The translations under genes and the position numbers were made by a program. Below the pieces are notes generated by a model. It was not told the DNA's origin, did not search any database, and saw only the letters and a program-made list of their open reading frames with translations. A stretch of 63,646 nt of DNA, the filler included, from Platydemus manokwari (lineage: Eukaryota), in assembly GCA_037951405.1 (NCBI GenBank). It is 5 parts of 5 records of this genome, joined end to end, with 100 filler letters (N's around TTAATTAATTAA, not from the genome) between each part and the next. Parts side by side here need not be neighbours in the genome. Positions count along the whole stretch, not along the records: positions 53,912 to 63,646 come from JBBMOY011212100.1; 4 more parts are not named here. The stretch is one strand, 5' to 3'. The first letter of the stretch is position 1; every line of letters begins with the position of its first letter. Positions 58,680-63,646 of the stretch are shown here, piece by piece.

Positions 58680-59232
58680 ATTTTTATAGAGTTAATTCTG
58701 TATAAATTTTTTGTTGTATAAAATCAAATTAATTTTTTTAAATATAATTTGATGTCGCGCGAATTTTCAGTTTGTTTGTAATGTGTGGTTTTTAAAATAG
58801 TAGCTGCTGACATGGCGACCACTCATCAGGATTCGCTTCTGGGAAGATCAATGACTGTAAATTATGGGAAAGGAGGAGAAAGATGTTGAGATTATAAAGA
58901 GAATATGTAAAGATGATACAGAGAAGATGTAGAGTAAATATAAACAAGATATAAAACAGATAGAAGATTAGAGTTTATTGTGTAGATAAAGATCTGAGAT
59001 TTCATTACAATATCAATTGAGAATACAAAGAAATTCGAAGATTTCCAAAAAATGCGGCTGTGTGCATTTTCAATTGAATCGAAAATTTTCTAGATTTTAT
59101 TTTATTTTATAAAAATTTAATTTGGGATAAAATTTTTGTATAAAATCAAAATAATTTGTTTAAATAATTGCATTTAAATATAATTTGATGTCGTGATTTT
59201 TCAGTTGGTTTTTAAAATAGTAGCGGCTTACA
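58680..59232 (-). repeat. Family C copy (inverted) plus a further solo arm
   Basis: TTTTCAGTTTGTTTG..TGTGTGGTTTTTAAAATAGTAGC.GCT.ACATGGCGACCA..CATCAGGATT; the arm recurs at about 59175-59232. Confidence 0.75.
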
Positions 59233-61464
59233 TATTGAAAATCATAATATTGAGTTTTATTGTAAATTATCTCCTTTTTTGAATTTTTCTTCACATTTTC
59301 GAACCATTTCTGATTCAACAGCTCACCAGATTTTATTCTTTCTTTATCATTGACATTAACATAACATTTTCCAATCAAATCTTTCACACTCGATGAACAG
59401 TGATTGGCTTGTTGATGTCAGGAATCGTGATCAATATATTGTTATTCATTTAATGCCATCAATACTTGCTATCGATCTCATATGTGTGGCATTTCATTTC
59501 CTATAATCTTCTTTATTTATCATTTGTAAAAATGGATCATTATCGATTGCTTGGATCTGATGATGACTTGAATGAATATGTGTTGGAAATTGATAAGTCT
59601 CACATGGAATATTTGTTTATTAATAAAGATATAATCTGGTTGTAAATCTGGATGATGGAATTCGAATGAAAATAATGATTGGAGTTAAGCAATGAGTTGA
59701 TAAATGATATTTTTCGAATCATTTTCTTTTAATGTTGGATTGTTTAAGAAATGAGGAAATGTTTCCCAATCATCGTTGTCGTTTCGGAGAGATAAATATT
59801 TGTCTCCATCAATTATTGATTGATAATATGTTGTGAATTGAGATAGATTCTTTGACAATGTTTATCAGAATCGAAGATATTCTTTAGAAAAAATGAAGTT
59901 TGTCAAATGATTATGAGAGATATTAGATTGATGTTGAGATGATGTTGCCATGTTAAAGGTGATTGGATCAATGAGTTTAAACGATACCCACTTGACAAGA
60001 TAATTTGGTTTGATAAAGAATGAGTGGATCAATGGGCGTTTTGATACATTATCTTTCAAAGATGTCGATTTAGCTAGATTTGTTGATTAATTTATAATAA
60101 TTTTGTTTAAATGACTTAAATATTGATTAATTTGTTTGAATGAGTGATTAGAATATTTTAAATCAATATTTTTAAAACAACGAAAATTCGTACAAAAATA
60201 AATAAAAAATAAAACTGACAGAAATCAATTAAGGGGAAAAAATAAATAAAAAGTTAAAATATTCAAAAATTAAAAATCAAAAAAAGTGCAAGAAAATTAG
60301 ATGAATTTAAAATAATTATTGATTTAAATGAAAATTTTAATTAAATATTTTCTAGGAAAATCCGGAAATAAAATATCCAATCTGGAAAATGATGATTTGT
60401 AAATTAAAATGGCGAAACCCTAAATTATTTAACAAATTATTTTTATCCAATCACATTTAAGCACACTGGTCATGATAAACAAGAATCGCTCTATAATTTA
60501 TTTTTCGCTTTATCGTGGATTGTGAATTTAATCTTTATTTTCATGCTAAGACAACTGTTAAGATTTTGGCAACGATTTAACGAGGAAATAATTTATTGTT
60601 GGCTTTATCAAAGAGGATTCGGGACAAATCCCTATTTCAACAAATATTGGCGATAAAGTTGACGGGTTTCCAACCAAGTGTTCCAATAAATTGAAGTAGA
60701 ATCGAATGGGCTTCCACATTATTGTTTGATCTTTTGGTGACAACCATATATGATGAAGATTCTAACAAATATCGAGCTTGGTGGATAGCAGTTATTTTTG
60801 AATGCCGAATATTTGCCCGTCGATATTGTTTAAATGTAAAATTTGTTTTCATGGGGTATTCGAATATTTCGATTAACGACAAATACTCTTCACAAATGTA
60901 TTGGGTGCATTGATGGTCATGATTCAGGTCAATCCAATTTGACCAATATGAACAACAAAATGAAAAGGAATTTCCAAAAGTCATTTAGGATATTAAATCT
61001 TGCTATAAAATATATTCTTTAGTAGGTATCTTATGCATGTATAAGAGCTAATATTACTGGTTAAAAACACGAAAGAAAAACCTAAACGAATTTTCCAAAT
61101 AGATTGAGAAACCGATTGTAAAAATTGTAATATTAGAAGAGGAATTTTATTATTCGAAGACAAGCTGTTATGCGAAAGTATTGAACCCAATAAATCAGGC
61201 ATTTTTTGATCCACTTGACCTCTACCGCTATAAAAAGTGACTTTACTGGTCCGTTTCATTATTTCGAAATCATATCAAATAAAATGTTAATAATCTTTCA
61301 ATGTATGCTATCATCAAAAATGGTTTACACGGTTTATTAACTGGGTTGGCAAGTTAATAATTCCATCGTGCTTATTTTCCAGTAATCGTGTTTATATTCC
61401 ACAGTGGAAGATTTGACTTTTTCACTTGTCCGACACAGTGTAACGAACAGGTGTCATTTCAGTC

Positions 61465-62289
61465 ATGAAAAAACTCTCGACATATCAATATATCGAACAG
61501 ATCGTCTTTGGAATTCTTAAAGAAAGTGAACTCAAATGCTATCATCGATTAAAATGTAACCCCCTCACAGAACGACATCAGCAAATGCGTAAAAACAAGT
61601 CGCTTGCACTGATCAATCGCTTTGAACCTGAGTGTGCTTGGAAAATAGTATGGTTTTCGAATGAGGTAAGGTTTTCATTGCGGCCCCCTTTGAATAAACA
61701 AAATGATCTCATTCACCGAGAAGTGCTTGTAAAAACTGACATACCTGAGGAAGATAACAATCCACAGGCATCTATTATTTGTTATGCTGCAGTTTTATGT
61801 TATGGCAGAACTGAGCTTCGACTTCTTAAAAAATATTATCGGAGCCATGAATGCAAGAAGAAAAAACAATAAACCAACAGGTTTATTATGAAGAGATGTA
61901 CCCACAGATATTCAACGATATACAAAATGTAATGGACGACCAAATATAAATATGGCAGCAGGATAGTGGCAGGGGATACACAGCAACGACTTCATTTCAA
62001 TTTCTTCAGTAATCCACTCCCGATTTCATTGAACCGGATGGTTGGCCCTCCAGAAGTCCAGACTTAAATGTCATGGATTACGGCGTTTGGAACTTGTTAT
62101 TGACAGAGCTTCTGAATTGTCGATGTAACATAAATTGTATTGATGATTTGAAAAGAGCTTGGGAAGAGCTTGGATAGACCTTGGAACGATATCTCACAAT
62201 TACCCTTCAAAAAGCTACAGTAGAAGTTATTATTTGTAAAAATAAGTAGCATTTTGACAAATTTTCGGCTTTCTAGCGGCCACCATGTA
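61465..62289 (+). mobile_element. Tc1/mariner DD37D (maT) transposase pseudogene with right TIR
   Basis: VWFSNEVRF (first D to N), LNKQND, WQQD-37 residues-D (WPSRSPDLNVMDYGVW). One frameshift and two stops seen. Right end GCGGCCACCATG|TA resembles a CAGGGTG-type TIR plus TA. Confidence 0.88.
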
Positions 62290-62600
62290 TTTTATAAAAC
62301 ACTCATCGAGAACGAGTCTTCTCTAAGTCTTCTTAATATTTTCTTTATATTTTTAATATCTTCTCAACATCTTCCTCATTCTTTTCCAGAATAATTTTCA
62401 CTCATTGATCTTCTCAGACTCAATTCCAGATGGGTAGTCGCCATGTAAGCCGCTACTATTTTATAAAACACGTATCGAGATCGAACTGAAAAGAGACGAC
62501 ACCAAATTATAATTAAATACAATTATTTAAACAAAATAATATGATTTCATACAAAATCAAATTTGATATATAAAATCAAATCTTTAAAAATTTTAATTAA
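62290..62600 (+). repeat. Family C copy directly abutting the maT element
   Basis: CATTGATCTTCTCAGACTCAATTCCAGATGGGTAGTCGCCATGTAAGCCGCTACTATTTTATAAAACAC...GAACTGAAAAGAGACGACACCAAATTAT. Confidence 0.75.
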
Positions 62601-63646
62601 ATTTAAAATCCCCATAAAAACACCATTATAAATCGAACAATCATGAATAGGAACACTGGTATTGGTTCAAACAAGAAATTATACTGAATAAATAAATTCG
62701 ATTAAGGAAAAATCAATCAACAATACTTCGGTATTGTCAATAGTTGTCAATTGCGTAGCAATATTATTTTGACAACTGCTCAACAATCCTGATGATAAGA
62801 AAAAACTAGAAAAAACAGGGGAAAAAGGTTTCTACAATTAGTTATACACAACGATAACAAAATGATTTTGGTGAATAAGTTCCATATACTGTTTCCCGGT
62901 TTTTACGATAAACAAATAGCAATGTTTATTATTTACAGCATAAACATCCACGGCAAATATCAGCACCGCATACAAACAATGAACTGATAGACTAGGCCAT
63001 GTTTTCATTCCTTTTTCTATCCTTTGCTATGCAAATGACTAACGATCTTCCAGGCTTCTGCATAAAACAACGCAACAAACCATCAATAACAGTTGCAAAA
63101 AAGGCAGATATTAATATCTGTAGTTGTCAAGGCGACCATAATAATGACAGTTCATAATGAATGGAAAAAAAATGAAAACAAAACATGATCAAGTATAAAG
63201 GAAATGATAATATCACTTTCAAGACAGAAAAAACAAAAAAACGAAATTTCGAAAAGATATAAAATTGTAAATTTATCAGACACCAGTGTTTGTTTTCGTG
63301 TTTTAAAGTTTTTGTTCAAAGTGAAATGGAGTAAATGAAGAAAGTGTTTTCAAATGAACAGTTCGTTTCTTTTAATTGGTGAAGATTTTATGAAATTCTT
63401 TCTAAAAAATTAAGTTTGAAAATTTAATAATCAAAACAAATATGAAATCGTTTTGTGAATTTCAATTATTGTTATAATCTATTTTTTGTTTTTAGAGATA
63501 ATAATAAAATAATATAATAATATTAGGTTGTCCCATATGAAATGTCCGATTTTTATATATTGAACTTTGAATCAAAATTTTTTAAAAACTACTTAACATA
63601 TACTTTGTTTTAATGTTTTATTTGATAGATATTTAGTGGTATATTC

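Noticed and set aside
60880-60925. KCIGCIDGH resembling a PIF/Harbinger catalytic motif
   Set aside because: Isolated; no further DDE motifs in frame.

Overview
AT-rich eukaryotic (animal-like) genomic scaffold. It contains four identical 100-nt artificial spacers (44N-TTAATTAATTAA-44N), so adjacency across them is not guaranteed. Three intact spliced genes can be built with consistent GT-AG introns, mostly 41-62 nt: DNAJC17/Cwc23-like J-protein (minus, 2 exons, 173 aa, apparently lacking the RRM), katanin p60 (plus, 7 exons, 473 aa, divergent pore loop 2) and NUB1 (minus, 13 exons, 618 aa). The katanin and NUB1 stop codons are only 102 bp apart. An orphan Pro/Met/His-rich exon at 33.3 kb is followed by about 30 kb with no clear partner exon; the first part of that stretch is very rich in ATCGAT. 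The rest is largely transposon relics: a decayed viral/Maverick-type HNH segment at the window start, a hAT/Buster MITE, several rosa-type mariner fragments (one with intact TIRs), a DD37D/maT copy, a Gypsy pol remnant abutting a 5'-truncated RLE (NeSL/Utopia-like) non-LTR element, two solo-LTR-like families and a foldback repeat family. Two weakly supported pseudogenes (TOG/CKAP5-like, C8orf76-like) were also seen. No complete new biological system could be established from the sequence alone. Family comparisons are from memory, not database searches.
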